The notes below the pieces were generated by a model that saw nothing but the letters and a program-made list of their open reading frames with translations, did no database searches and was not told the DNA's origin. The translations under genes and the position numbers were made by a program. A DNA stretch of 64,000 bases from Ophelia neglecta (taxonomy: Eukaryota): contig OZ260663.1 of NCBI GenBank assembly GCA_965285935.1, positions 43,028,001 to 43,092,000 of the forward strand, read 5' to 3'. Shown here one piece after another: positions 1 to 13,650 of this stretch (within the stretch, counting starts at the first letter, position 1; the number at the start of each line of letters is the position of its first letter).

Positions 1-2844
1 CGCGCATCAAATTATAATTCAATATATTAGTAATTACATTTTTAATATGTTAGTATATAAAGCCAACCTGCTCAATTTTATTTGCCATCTCACGATTTGT
101 TTTTGTCCCTGTGATGTAAAATATGGGTAGGAAAATGGCCTTAACATGGTGTTCATTGATACGAAACGTCTTCTAGAGGTCATTTGATATCTCCTGGTGT
201 CACTGGAGTAGTTTGGCCATCTCTCGATTCAAATTTGACCCTTGTAATGATTTCAATTCCTGGTTCATTAATTGGCGAAAATTGGTGTTACCTAGGATAA
301 AGGAATGTCTTTTATTTAAGTCCTGTACGCTCACAAACTTGTCCGCCGATTCCGTAGCGCATGGGACGCTGCAGGTCGTCGTCGTTCCAAATTCTCTTAA
401 AATTGTGCCATTCGGGAATACCTTTCCTTAGTTGTTAGGTCGCGGTGTTCATTTCTATATGGGTGATGTTAGAAGTAAATTTTCTACCCCCACTGACCTG
501 CCAGCTAGCGGGTACAGTAGGTCTGGTGTAGCTGCCGGCCGTCCCCTAGAGCTGTTAGTCTATCGCCCCGGAAAAGCTAGCAATCTGCACCCGACTCGCC
601 GTATATGCCTCTAAGGATGCATTTCCCTCCCGGCGTCGGGTTAGGATACAATTGTATGCGCCCTATGGGGATAATTCACACGAAAAGTCTTAGTATGTGG
701 ACAGTGAAATACCGTTTATAATGAATATTCTGAATAGAGAATCGTGAGCTGTGAACCAACTGGACACATGTTTCATGATTCAAGAAAAATATACTTTGAG
801 GAATGAATCGTGAAACGTGAATCAACTTGATATCCATTTAAATATTTAAAAAACTGAATCGTAAAACGTGAATCGTGAGCCAGCTTGACGATGCTCCAAA
901 ACCCGTATTTCTACGCCATATTTTTTGCTGAGTTTTACAACAGTTCTTACTACCATTTTAACAAGTTCCCGAGAGGGCCACCAGGGGAGATAAAACAAGG
1001 GGTCAGGGCGTAAATCCTATACATATGCATGCGAGTCATTAGGCTAGTTCCCACACCATTTGCCGGTATGAGGGCCAAAGTATAATATAATTCACATCCA
1101 GTGACATCAGGAGAAACACGGCACCATTATGAATTATACGCGCTTGCAAATTAGGCTAATGTGACTACAGCGGTGAAAGGCAGTATATCTGCCTTTTACG
1201 ATTGTGCAGAATTTAAAACCTCAAATATACTGCCTTTTAATGTCTAAAAAAAGTCTAAAACAGAAAGAATATCTATAAAATGACCTTTAAAATGTGTAGT
1301 TGCCAAAATGGTTGCAAGCCATAAAGCTAGAGGCTTGATTTACGATATCTGATCCTAATTGACCTTTTCGTATAACGATTAAATATATCCCAGAAATCAT
1401 CTCCGAGATCTTCACAGTTATACCTGATCGAATCTGTGCTTACTGGGTGTTACTTAACTGACAAGTACCATATGATACAAAGCTATTCGTATGGTTGAAA
1501 ACTACTGATCCAGGGTGTGCCAGTAAACTACACGTATTTTATAATGAATATTCATTTTTCTTCTCAAGTGTGGCGAGAGGATCAGAACTTATTTCGTCAG
1601 GTTGCTTTTCAACACTTTTCCATAATAAATACATGTACACTTGTAGTCATATATCTTTTGTAAAATGTGCATTAAGTATCACTGGATTGCATTTCTCTTC
1701 AGTCTTACAGGCGCCCCTGGGGACAGCGACATCTGGCCAAATTTATATTATCATTCTCTACAATCGTATAGGGACAAGCTAAAAGGTCACATGTTCAAAC
1801 ATTCTTGTTGTCTTCAATGAACGCCACATTGCAAGAATTTTGCAAATGGCAGCATAAATTTATTTAAGCAATATTCTTTGTTTATTTCAACGTTTAGGGT
1901 TTTAATACAGCGAGTAACCATGGTAACCCAGCGGCAAGGGAACCAGGTCGTACCAACGCGATTCAAAGGGAAGGAACATAGCTCAAAGCCAGATATATAC
2001 AAAATCCCCTTTTCGCTTTTGTTCTATTTGCCATTTCAACCCTTTTTAACGTATGTATAGACTGTCAAGGGCGTATAGTGATTCAGCTTTTAGATTTCTT
2101 TGCCGGACACGAGGATTATGGAAGTACTTATACGCATGCCCGTGTCTATACAGATAACGACCAAATACAAAGAATAAGAGCCTAGAGAGAATTTAATACC
2201 ACTGAAGATACTCTAAATACTCTACTACAACGGCATTAGGGGAACATCATCAGATATAAAATGGAATAAACCGTTGCTTTAGCAGGAAGAGATTAAGAAA
2301 CATTTCACGAAAAATTCATTTCTTAATTAATTTGGTTCAGGGATTAAGAGCAGAAAGGCCAGTTTATTTGTGGCATTCTATGTTAAAGCGAAGCGTAGGT
2401 TTCATAAACAATAATTTGCAATGCCATTATTATTAATATCATTATTACAACTGGTCACTTTATCGTGTTAATGATCAAGCGCCCGAGACGAAATGCTTTG
2501 CCCTATAACATTATATTATCTGAGCCAACTAAGGCCGAAACATGCTAGGATATATAAATCGCCGAAGCAAAATACTGGGAATTATTTAAACTGCATATAA
2601 TTGGGATGGTAAAACATCTTGTTGTAATATTTTACATCATTAAGAAGACTCTTAAATGACCCACATAGACCTATGTGCCAATCGGTCAGTTTTAATAAAC
2701 ATACAATACCTTGAGGTCCTCAAGGTTTCTTCAAATCCACTAAAATATGTACAAAAAAAACCCCACAGCTATGTTTGATTTGGTTGTAAATTAAGTAGCT
2801 TTATTTAAACCACATAGTTCTATAATCACGGGAAACATATTGTC

Positions 2845-2900
2845 ATCTTTGCTCAGGTGAGCAAAGATTATATTTTTAGTCTTTCCGCTGCGTGTGCGTT
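2845..2900 (+). mobile_element. 5' end fragment of a Helentron/HINE-like non-autonomous element
   Basis: Hairpin ATCTTTGCTC-aggt-GAGCAAAGAT (2845-2868) followed by TATATTTTT and a GTGY-type tract. The same GCAAAGATTAT-T-run-microsatellite layout starts the element at 32827. Confidence 0.5.
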
Positions 2901-3728
2901 TTTGAAGAGACCAGCAACCCAGGGCTTGACGCCAACAAACGACTCATCAACCAGGTCTTAGGCTTGAGCCCATTACATACATCACGTCGTAGGTTTTAAT
3001 ACTTAAAATTTGACAAGCTAATTTGGCCTGAGTACTGACTTGGCATTTCATCCAACATAAATGTCATGCGAACAAACACAAAAGCCTTTCAAGCTTGTTT
3101 ACCATGTCAGTAGCGTCAACTGGAGCCGCAAGATTGGCTCTACTTTTGGTTGGTTAGTTCGATCCCCAGATGGCACTCGAAATGGACGCGTCCCCATATG
3201 ATGGTCTTTAAATCTATGGGTGCACTCCGGGATGTGTGTTGTTCTGTTGGCAGCAGTAGGCAACTTAAAACTCTAGTTTGTTAGAAAGAAGCATTTTAAC
3301 CCTAAGTTGCGTATTTGGCTATTACTCGAAAACTATTGCCGCATGCCCTAGAGGTCAATATCAACAGAATGCAGGCAATCAATCGGCACATATTTTAAAA
3401 GTAATTCAAGGTCTCTAGCCCTTCACATTGCTCTGTATAAGTGAAGGTGGTTTAGTGATATCCATACATTGTCCTCTTGTTAAATTTGGTGATTTCAAAG
3501 ACCGAATACTACGTTCCATAGAGTACTCCTTGTCGAAGACAACAAAGATGATTTGATTTTTGGCCTGACCGCCTCGTAGCAAATGAATCCTGTATACAGC
3601 TCGTACTCTATGGAAACGTAGGGGTTTAGCATCGAACAAGTCGTTTGACAATATATCTTTCACAATATGAATGCTTTTGCGGATCATTTCTTTTATAAAT
3701 TTATTCTTTGCAGTTAACAACCACGAAC

Positions 3729-4907
3729 ATGGATGACAATGAAACTGACATGTTTTGCGAGGACATAGTTTCATACTTGAGGGATGAAAGCTTCGGTTTC
3801 GGCAATAACCAGTCTAATAACCGCACGGCGTACAATGGGATGATGGCAAACCGTAGTGTCGACTACAGCGACACGATGGAAGATGTAAAATACTATCTAA
3901 AGGGCATCGTGAACCCATCCCTCTGTGTGTTCGGCTTCATCGGCAACGTCTTAAATGTAATTATTTTGACGCGCAGACGGATGAAGAGTTCCATGGAATG
4001 CAGCATGGAGCGTTCGGCCCAAACCGGTCTCATCGCTCTGGCTCTGTCAGACATGCTCTACTGCACAGCCACGTTTTTCGGTGGATTATGGGGTCGTCAA
4101 CAAACTATGTTCCAAGGTAGAAGCCTGTGGTTGTATATTCAAATCTACGAGAAAGGATTCCAGAACATTTTCATGAACACAAGCACATGGTTGACAGTCA
4201 TGATGGCCGCGGGAAGATACGCCGCCATATGTCGTCCACTGCATGCTCGATATTTAGTTGAGCTGAAAGCCACCAGGATCGCCATTTGTGCCATATTTGT
4301 TTTCTGGGTCCTAATCAATCTACCACAGTTTTGGGAGTATTCTGTCCTTGCCATTCACTGCCCGGGACGTGGCTCCATCTACGTCATCGACCAGGGTACT
4401 TTCCCCATGAATACTACTCTGAAAACGGTATTCATCTACATCTGGTCTGTCCTCGGTTTCTTTGTCCCCGTTATCATACTCGCCTATTGTAATGTTCATC
4501 TTATTAAAGCATTGAGGGATTCTATCAAAATGAGGCGTTTGTACCGCGTCCACCAGAACAAATCTCCTAACTACGGGTCAAAGATTACGCCAACCCTCGT
4601 GGCCATAGTCTGTGGGTTTTTTGTTCTTGTCTCTCCATCTGAAGTCTTACATTTTTATTATTACGCCATCAAGTCTGACAGCGTGGAATCCTTTAACATG
4701 GGAATAGTTATCACCAATGTGTTACAGACCATTAATTTTGCGTGTAATTTCATTTTATATTGCATAGTGAATGTTCATTTTCGAGAAACCTGGAAAGACG
4801 TCGTGTATTGTAAATGGCGCAAAAGGAAATCTTTCAAATGGCGCGCTGGGTCATCTAACAGCATGAAAGGGACCTATGTGACGTCCAGCGCAGAGACTAA
4901 CATATGA
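3729..4907 (+). CDS. Class A (rhodopsin-like) GPCR, FMRFamide/sex-peptide receptor-like (Srw-like) group, 392 aa, intronless CDS
   Basis: Seven hydrophobic segments: TM1 GFIGNVLNVIIL, TM2 LALSD, TM3 STWLTVMMAAGRYAAICRPL, TM4 W..NLP, TM5 FFVP..LAYCN, TM6 F..LVSP, TM7 NFACNFILYC, then helix 8 FRETW. N-terminal N-glycosylation sequons NET, NQS, NRT, NRS. The ORF-track start at 3708 is a TTG inside a splice acceptor (ttattctttgcag, AG 3712-3713). The first ATG is at 3729. Confidence 0.93.
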   Translation: MDDNETDMFCEDIVSYLRDESFGFGNNQSNNRTAYNGMMANRSVDYSDTMEDVKYYLKGIVNPSLCVFGFIGNVLNVIILTRRRMKSSMECSMERSAQTGLIALALSDMLYCTATFFGGLWGRQQTMFQGRSLWLYIQIYEKGFQNIFMNTSTWLTVMMAAGRYAAICRPLHARYLVELKATRIAICAIFVFWVLINLPQFWEYSVLAIHCPGRGSIYVIDQGTFPMNTTLKTVFIYIWSVLGFFVPVIILAYCNVHLIKALRDSIKMRRLYRVHQNKSPNYGSKITPTLVAIVCGFFVLVSPSEVLHFYYYAIKSDSVESFNMGIVITNVLQTINFACNFILYCIVNVHFRETWKDVVYCKWRKRKSFKWRAGSSNSMKGTYVTSSAETNI

Positions 4908-6169
4908 CACAAGCTTATGGTTAGCAAAAACAAAGAACACACTAGTTGGCTTAATTCGCATTTGACAAAGGTTTAGTATACTGTACATAACAGATCTCTC
5001 TTATTGAGTTTCTGTTCGATAGCTGTTTGACAAAGAGAAACATTTTGGGCGTAGATATTGTAGTGTTAATTTTACTAGGCTTATAAAGACACTATATCGA
5101 ATGATAACTATCCTACAGAACTGTCCTGCAGGTGAATGAAATGCCTTTGTCTATTGAAAAAAATGAACATTTATTAACCCATCCCATATGTTTAATTTAT
5201 TTAACATTACTGTCTTAGTCATTTGCAGCGATGGATTAAAAGTTTTGAATGTATACATATAAATGACGATTGTACATTAAGGGGTCAGTGCTTAAGAAAA
5301 GATTTATTTGCTGTTTTTGAGCTTGTTTCAAGCTGAAAGAAGTTGGTACAAGAAAAAACCATTAACCGATGTTCAAATGATTGCTGAAAAGATAATATTT
5401 TAATCAACATAATATCATAATTCTGTAAATATTTTGTATGAACGTGCAACTGGGCTGGATGGAACCATATAAACCCCTGGCCCCGAACTGGGATGATACT
5501 GATTGCGTGAATACATTTATAATACATTTTCTACTTTTCGCTGTTGGCATAATGACCAAAGAAAAGTTGCCATTTTTTACATTTTTCACGGATGCTACCT
5601 TAACACATTTTTAAAGCTTAAAGAGCTTGGACATTGCGCAAGGAACCACTGCCTTTGAGACTTTATGGCATGACTTCCTAAGCCGTCGATGACAAATGAT
5701 GTTATGTTTTTATGACACCTTAAGGGGGTATTGTAAATAGGACTGCCTGTCAAGCTTGAATCTACGTCATTTTTGAAATATTAATTCCCCGTCTCTTTGC
5801 TTTTACTCGGGAAGGCCAATTGATGTAAGATGGGCAATATATAACAGAAAACTTCTTGGGTAAATATGGTTGCCTTCAGTAGTTAAAAGTGAGCAATCAT
5901 TTTGCTTAGCACATAACAGCAAGGCCAAAGTGCAGAAGTATGTCGGTGAAAAAGGCAAAATAAAATAATCCGCATATAAATATATTTTCTTTGTTTTCTG
6001 GAATAAGCATTTGCTGACTCTGTTATTGACGAAGGTGTGTTTTACAAATGTAACATTACATTATTGTACATTGAATTAATATCAAAATATTAAATCCAAT
6101 AACAATTTTTATACATATTGATACTATATAAACCTACAAATATGTATTGATATATGTCTGCTATATCAT

Positions 6170-6175
6170 AATAAA
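6170..6175 (+). promoter_or_regulatory. Candidate polyadenylation signal of the GPCR transcript
   Basis: AATAAA followed ~15-25 nt later by a T/GT-rich tract (ttattgttttattgtc), at the end of an AT-rich 3' region. Other AATAAA hexamers occur nearby. Confidence 0.3.
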
Positions 6176-7260
6176 TATAAATATATCTTATTGTTTTATT
6201 GTCAAGTGGACGAACTCATTTTTTTACCGATCAGTGCTTCAGTTTATTTGTTAAAATTGTTAAAATAAAAATCACTATCACCATCACGTTATATTCCGCA
6301 AGTTATTCAAGAAATATAAAAAAGCAATCACCGTTCTTTGGCATTCCTTATTGCACCGTGAAGGAGTACTTGTAGATACAATTATAATATTTCTTATCCG
6401 GCCGTGTCGGCGAAATCCGTTGAAGTAGGCTTATTTTTCCGTCTAAGTAAACGTAGCCCCCCCCCCCCCCACCCTTGCAATTTCAAGCTGGTATGTCTAC
6501 TCGTCACGGACCCAAAAGTATCCCCTGAAGACGCCTCACGTCACATACAGAATATTGTGAGTGCTTACAGGTTTATTGTAATAGACTAAGCACTGTATTC
6601 AAACATATTTGAGCATGTCAATGAACTACCCCAACATACTGAAATTTGTCACACATAATGAGGCCAATGGTAGGGTCATTTTAAAATACAATGACAAGAA
6701 GAATAAATCCATCGTTGCTATGGTAACGGGCATTATACAGAAGAAATAACACTTGTTGGTTACATTGGAATTACTGCCGAAATCATCTGATCAAAAAAGT
6801 TCAAGGACTAGAATTTATTTATATAATATCACTAGCAAGAGATATTTGGCAACCATCAAGGATTTTTTGATGGAAGATAAATCATGGAGCATATTTATCC
6901 TTATTTCAAGCTATCCTTAAAATGGCCATCAAGGATAATCGTGCTAGAAACCGAATCTATACTTCCGGTATATTCTGGCTGCTTAGTAAATTAGTTAAAA
7001 ACCAAATATAGAAAATAATGTGTCTTGAATGTGGGGACTTCGTATATAAGAATTACACTTCAGATAGACAATAATAAGAATTGAATTTTATCGGCAAACT
7101 ACGCAATAGATCTATGAATAGTTGACCTGGCAAAATATATCTCAGCAAAAAAATAGTGCAATTAATCTAAATTTCTGTCAGTATGCATGGATTTTTTCTG
7201 ACTTTTAAAACATGCGTGTTTCTTCTTAAACGCCGTAATTATTTTACTTTTATTAATGTA

Positions 7261-7436
7261 CAGTGAAACCTGCCTTAAAGACCACCTCTATATTCCGACC
7301 ACCTTGAAATTAAGACCACTTATTTAAAGACCATACTGCATACTATCAATGTAAAATAACCTGTCTAAACAGACCACCTCCATAATCAGACCAGTATTTC
7401 CGTCCCTTGGGTGGTCTCAATTCACAGGTTTCACTG
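7261..7436. mobile_element. Tc1/mariner-superfamily (pogo/Tigger-like) MITE, 176 bp
   Basis: Perfect 12-bp TIR CAGTGAAACCTG...CAGGTTTCACTG that extends imperfectly to ~26 bp (AGACCACC/GGTGGTCT). TA on the left flank, TTA on the right. Internal repeated AGACCAC motifs. Confidence 0.8.
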
Positions 7437-8825
7437 TTATAGTATAGTATATGTCAAACGCGCTTTTGCTGCATGCATTACTAAAACTAACTGTTAGCAC
7501 AGTTGTAGGTGCAAGTGTATAGAGGGAAAACGGGGACAGAAAGTTCATTTTGCCAGTACGAGGAGGGAAGCCGGGTAGGCCGAATCGGTGTAGAAAGTTC
7601 CTTTTTTGCTTGACTGAGAAGGGAAATCAGGGAGGCCGAATTGGTTTGAAAAGTTCATTTCCAACTCTGCATGAGGGGTCTGACATTTACAGAAGCCAGG
7701 CAATTTGCGGACTGCTGTGGCAGACCGGAAGGAAATAAGGAAATCTTAGTGATACTGAAGCCTTCAATGCTTTATGACAGCTGTCATATATGTCTTTGAC
7801 TTCCTGTATGCATCCTGTAGCCCACAATAGTATCTATACCCGAGGATGCTTTGACATACTGTCCACAGTATTAGCGTGACCAGCGCCGTAATATACGTTT
7901 TAAATTTATTAGAAATTATTGCACCTATTATGCACTTAATGTGAGTGCTTAATACACAAGTTGATCCTTCCTAACAAATTCGAACTGTTTTATAACATGA
8001 AAGCTAATCTTTCTTGCATTTCAAGGTGCCGCGCATATTAAACATTAAATTGGAAACTTGGCCTCGTAGGCTTTAACATTTTAGCAATATAATTTCTCCT
8101 ATTTAACTTAAAAGTTCGTGGTTTTGTAATACAGCCAGCGCTTTTATCCAGGCACCCTGGGTAAAATGGAGATATGATAAGTAGAATAACGGTTATTCAG
8201 ACCCTATAGGTGCGACATGGAGATGGCAAGCTGCGGAACAATACACTTTTGGGCTGGCCACTCTTTACATAAATCTGGGTTCTTGGATTCGATTCTATGC
8301 CCAATTTAATAGGGAATTATTGTCGAAATACCTATTTTCCTGTGTTTATGCTACACACATATAGACCCTGGTTACAAATTCCTAAGCATTAAATTGTTGC
8401 ACTAGCGTACGTACTGATCATTGTGATACGGAATCGCAGATAGGAGATGTACTTACCAGGAACAATGTATCTACAACACTGCTAACCTATATGAATTTCT
8501 TTTATGGTAGGGCAAGAGTTTGATATATGTTTCATTTAGGTTGTAGGCACTAATCTAACACTAATCCTGCTGAAACACAGTTTCGTTTCTGTGTACGCCG
8601 TATTTCCTTCGTATTTTGGATCAGGTATTGCATAAGTCCCGTGGCACTCTTATCTGTTTAGAGAAGCCTTTGGGACGCGGTATCTTGAGGCCTCTATATG
8701 CCATTAGCAAGTTGGAACATCGAGTTCAAATCAAGCAAAAGCCAATTGTTTCGTGAGTAAAAAGCAAGGTATGACGAACATGATTCCGTCGGGGGCCAAC
8801 GAAATGTCTGATGCACGAGGTACAC

Positions 8826-8950
8826 AGATAAGAAAAGGTTTAGGGTTTGGTGGTGACAGTGTAGGATATGCAAACAACAATCAAAAATATCCATCCTTAA
8901 CCGTAACTCCTAACCCAAACCTATCCCATATAGCTACGTTTTTAAGATCT
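8826..8950. repeat. Imperfect inverted repeat with telomere-like arms (probable decayed MITE core)
   Basis: GGTTTAGGGTTTGG..GGATAT on the left mirrors ATATCC..CCTAACCCAAACCT on the right. Confidence 0.35.
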
Positions 8951-9520
8951 CATATCTCGTATATTTTTTCGTATCTAGTATTTTCTTCAGCATGACTATT
9001 ACTAGTATTATAAGGCAACATCAGTAAGCTATAACATCCAACGACAGTAGCCGCCTCGCATGATCAATCTTTTCCTCTCTAGGAAAAGGCACAGCTCCGA
9101 GAAGAGAATAAAAATAAACCTTTTTAGCTTTGCGCAATGCTGGTGTCACAATTCTAGTCCCCTGCATAAGTTATAAGCTTTAAAGGTTATGGAGATCAGT
9201 TTAAGACGGCGATAATATTTCTACTAGTTTTTCTAAATACAACCCCGAGCTATGTGATTCGAAAAGGGCTGCAACTGCCATAATGGTCGATGGTGAAAAA
9301 AGAGGAAGGAAGCATGCTCTCCTTCGAGTATCAATATATAGGTAACAAGGTTGTCATTGCATTGGCTCCTTCACACAGTCATAATTTCGAGTGATCACTT
9401 ATTGGCATTAAAGGTTATGCCCTGCGTGGCTTCTTCGTAACTTGTTGCACAGAGAGGGTTTAGTCGCAATGACGGGTTCAATATACATAGACCAGGCCTG
9501 TGTTCAAATAATTCAAGGTG

Positions 9521-10149
9521 CAACCGGTCATGTGTGTAGACAGACAGTTCTATCTGTATTCTATCGGTCATGTGTGTAGACAGACAGTTCTATCTGTATT
9601 CAACCGGTCATGTGTGTAGACAGACAGTTCTAGCTGTATTCAACCGGTCATTTGTGTAGACAGATAGTTCTATCTGTATTCTACCGGTCATGTGTGTTGA
9701 CAGACAGTTCTATCTGTATTCAACCGGTCATGTGTGTAGACAAACAGTTCTGTCATGTGTGTAGACAGACAGTTCTATCTGTATTCAACCGGTCATGTGT
9801 GTAGACAGACAGTTCTATCTGTATTCAACCGGTCATGTGTGTAGAAAGACAGTTCTAGCTGTATTCTACCGGTCATGTGTGTAGACAGACAGTTCTATCT
9901 GTATTCTACCGGTCATGTGTGTAGACAGACAGTTCTATCTGTATTCTACCGGTCATGTGTGTAGACAGACAGTTCTATCTGTATTCTACCGGTCATGTGT
10001 GTAGACAGACAGTTCTAGCTGTATTCTACCGGTCATGTGTGTAGACAGACAGTTCTAGCTATATTCTACCGGTCATGTGTGTAGACAGACAGTTCTATCT
10101 CTTTTCTACCGGTCATGTGTGTAGACAGACAGTTCTATCTATATTCTAC
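9521..10149. repeat. Minisatellite, 40-bp unit, ~16 copies
   Basis: Unit C(A/T)ACCGGTCATGTGTGTAGACAGACAGTTCTA(T/G)CTGTATT repeated head-to-tail with no unique spacers. One 15-bp deletion near 9750. Confidence 0.97.
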
Positions 10150-13100
10150 TAAGATATTTTATTCCCCTCAGAGTCACTTAGGGAATATTTCAATCCCCCC
10201 ATTCTATCACCAAGCATTTGTTCATTTTTTTGGTAAAGTCCAAAGTTGAAAACATCTCTGCCGGTGATTTAAACAAATCGCTTGTTAGATATAAAATGTA
10301 AGATGTTAACCTTTCATTACATATGCAGCTCGGAGAAATCATTTAAACTCTCCCTCTCATTTGTACGGGAGTAATTTGTTCAAGGGGTTTACTCGTACGT
10401 TTAGGGGGATAAAAGTTAGAACATTCTAAATAAAACAACCCCGATTAGTTTTATAGCTTAGCAACACAAAGAAAAATGTCCACACATGAAGTGATAAAAT
10501 AGAAACTACAGAAAGCCTTGGCGCCCCTGAGAGGATTCAAACGAACAACCTAATGAAACATTTCAGAGCCAATCTATTCCCAATGCAGTTCTTGAATACA
10601 AAAAAAAATGCAGGATTAAAATCCTTGCTTTACGTCAGCTGAATATCAATATCCAACTTTTGCCAAGCAACTACGAATTTGTCACATTTAAATTCTCCAT
10701 ATGGTGAATTTCTGATTTAGACCTAAAATAGTTGGTACACTGTCCAACTTTCAATGTGATCACCACATTATCTTTAAACGATCTATGTAACATACGATTT
10801 TCGCTAAACGAAATTAGTAAACAAGACGTGTCCGAGTTGCTTTGATGTCAGGTCTTAATTAATAAATAACGAATGCAGAAAAAGAAAGTAAAAATATTGC
10901 ACTTGCAATACCTGCCTCCCTCCCCTCCATTGTATATCTGCCCAATGCATTTCACAGCCAACTGATTTAGTCATGCAGATCGGGTACACATGCACTGATA
11001 TATAAGAATTTATTTATAAAAGTAAACAATATACCTTTAATATAGACAAACATCTTAGAGTAATCCAAACTTGCTGATTTGTATTCACATTTCACCTTAA
11101 CCGAACCGAACAGAAGACACCCTCAATGTATCAATTAATGAGCACGTTCATTTTCTTAACGGCTGACCTAGCAGGCTACTGCGGTGGGTCCTTCCGGCGA
11201 GTAGGAACTGGTTCGTGTGTCATGAGTGGGCGGAATATACATGTCTGGAAGTCGAGTTTATTAAGTTATTTACTTTTTAACACACATGAAACGACAGCAA
11301 CAAAAGTAATGTATATATAATGATTACAAAGACAGGATCTGGAAGATTTGCTGATCAATGTAAATTCATTAAATGGTCGTTTACATGTGTTATAGGTGAA
11401 ATCCATGCCTCATCCATCTAGCCTTGTTTAAGGCGTTTCTCTGACAATTCTATCCCTATTTAATTGTTTCATTATAAATCTTGTTCCTTTCTTTATTGTT
11501 ATAATAGTAACATTGTCCATAAAAATTCTGAGGGTAATAATTCCTCTTCACCTAACTCTTACTGCTTACGGGCGGGCATGAACATGGCTGTTGGTTGAAG
11601 TTGTTTATATCTCAGCCTTAGGTTAATTCTCAGAAGAAATAAATTGTGTCCGAAAATGGTAGCGTTGCCTTTGTTAGGAAAAGACAAAAAAATGTTTTCC
11701 TCAAAACATGATATAACTTCAATGGAATACAATTGGTAATCCTAACAATTAAAGATTAAAAAAACTATGATATTGCTTTTAGGCGTGCACATGTTCCGTC
11801 ATTAAGTCTTCTTGTTGACATAAAAAAATGGCCGTGGGATAAATATAAACATGTTATATAATAACTGCGATACCTATCGCTCGATTTTTATTAAAGGAAT
11901 GTCATACAATATATTGGAATGTATTTATGTTGATATTCACTCTACATGCTGGACAGTATCACCTCCACGTGCAAGTCATTTTAGTAACACGAAAAATCAA
12001 TGCAATACGTGTAACATTGCTTTCCCTTTTGGTATGATTAACAAGTGTATTAGTTATGTAATTCCATAAAAATGTCTTAGGGGCAAGCAAGAACTACAAA
12101 CAGTAAAGTCCTAGATAAAGCAATATAGTAAATGTGTTTCATGCTAAATAAGTGCAAATAATTATATGTATAAAAACATGTAGAAAATCCTAATATATAA
12201 AGTTTAAGCAGCATCAAAGGGTGTCCAAAATGGACTTTCTAAAAAATTATGTAAGATATGTGGTGTTTGCTTAACTCGACCACCTAGGAGTATTATGAAA
12301 AACGTAGATCTGGAAACGCCCGTCGACAAAATACATGTTATCGGTGAACTTATTTTAAGATCTCTTCATCTGCTTTGTTGCTTCTTAATGTAGCGAGCGA
12401 ATTGGTTAGGTGTCCTATTAACAGAAGCAGTGGTTCACTTTTCAACGTATAAAGAATAAAAAAAAAAGAATTAAAAAGAAACCTATTTCTACTTCTTTCC
12501 GACTAGCAGGTTTCACAAATTGCAAAATCAATTTTCTGTAATGAAAGATGCTGTAACATGTTTAATAGCAAACGCCAGAAAACATCTTTCGTCACAATAA
12601 GAGACCAGTATAGAATATGGTCAGACATGTGCACAGGACAGTGGCATCGCTGTGCCACAACCTTGCCAATATGGATGTGATTGTCTCACATTCCACTATG
12701 GTGCAACTTCGGCCATGGGCAATTTACTTTATGCTACATAATATAGGACAAGTTTTATCTATTTCCGGCCACCCTCGGGTCAAGAGGAAATAACCGTACA
12801 GTGATTGTTTGCCATAAAACAACGAAATATGTATTTACATATTCAGTCAACTCTTAAAAACTGATCCTTGGGCAATGGCACCCATAGCTTCTTTCAGCCG
12901 CTATTCTTGTCTAGGTGTGTCTGCATAACAGAGCCATAATCAAAATGATGAATATAATTCGCTGGCCCATGCTTCTTCGTCGTTTTTACTTTAGTCAATA
13001 AGGCCACCATTAAATTGAGCATAATATGTGTTTAAACCTAATAAACAGATGACTGTTATTACTTCTGAAATAAACATGAACAAGGTTGACGTGGAATAAA

Positions 13101-13650
13101 AAAGTAAGATTTTAGAGCATTATTATAATCTTGAAAAGCGTATCAATCATGTAGCAAACACTTCATTTAATCACGCGAGTCGATACCTGACAGATATATC
13201 AAAACAAGAAAAGTACATTAAGTCGGTCCGCAATCACCAGGAACAAGCTGATACAGGCCCACATACATCAATCCCAACTTCGTTATCATTCAATGAACTT
13301 GTGATGCAAAACATTAAAAAAAAACCCAAAAAAAAAACACAATAGATATAACTTACATTTAATGTGTTTCCATGATGCGAGTCAGAAAACAAGACAAAGG
13401 AGTCAGTGGTGGCTTAAGCTCTCTTAAAATTTAGTAACTAAAGAAGACATTTTGTCATTAATACAAGGTAAAAGGTCTTGGTACAACTATGAACAATAGA
13501 ATGTGATTTCTGATTGAGTCAATCACGAAATATCTCACTAACAACGTGAGGTTTAATTGAAAAACGTTAGCTGTTAAAAACCACAACTGAATACATTCAG
13601 AAGTTTCAAAATTTCTTCGCCATGGTCCTGAGGCCTTTTAATCTATATAT

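Noticed and set aside
720-890. Recurring GAATCGTGA(A/G) words
   Set aside because: Short degenerate repeat with no definable ends, probably a TE interior. The same applies to the ATCA-rich tract at 28220-28410 and the GGTAG/GGCGG-rich tract at 29440-29780.
3415-4553. Several short ORFs overlapping the GPCR on both strands
   Set aside because: Shadow frames of a GC-richer coding exon, with no recognisable motifs. The same applies to + strand ORFs over the MS4A exons (e.g. 54134-54457, 58039-58380, 62971-63192).
9521-10149. CRISPR-like array
   Set aside because: Units are contiguous with no unique spacers, there are no cas genes, and the context is eukaryotic.
10519-10560. tRNA-like 3' half on the - strand (GTTTGAATCC...GGCGCCA); B-box-like GTTCGATCCC near 3157
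   Set aside because: No cloverleaf or 5' half can be built. At most these are decayed SINE heads.
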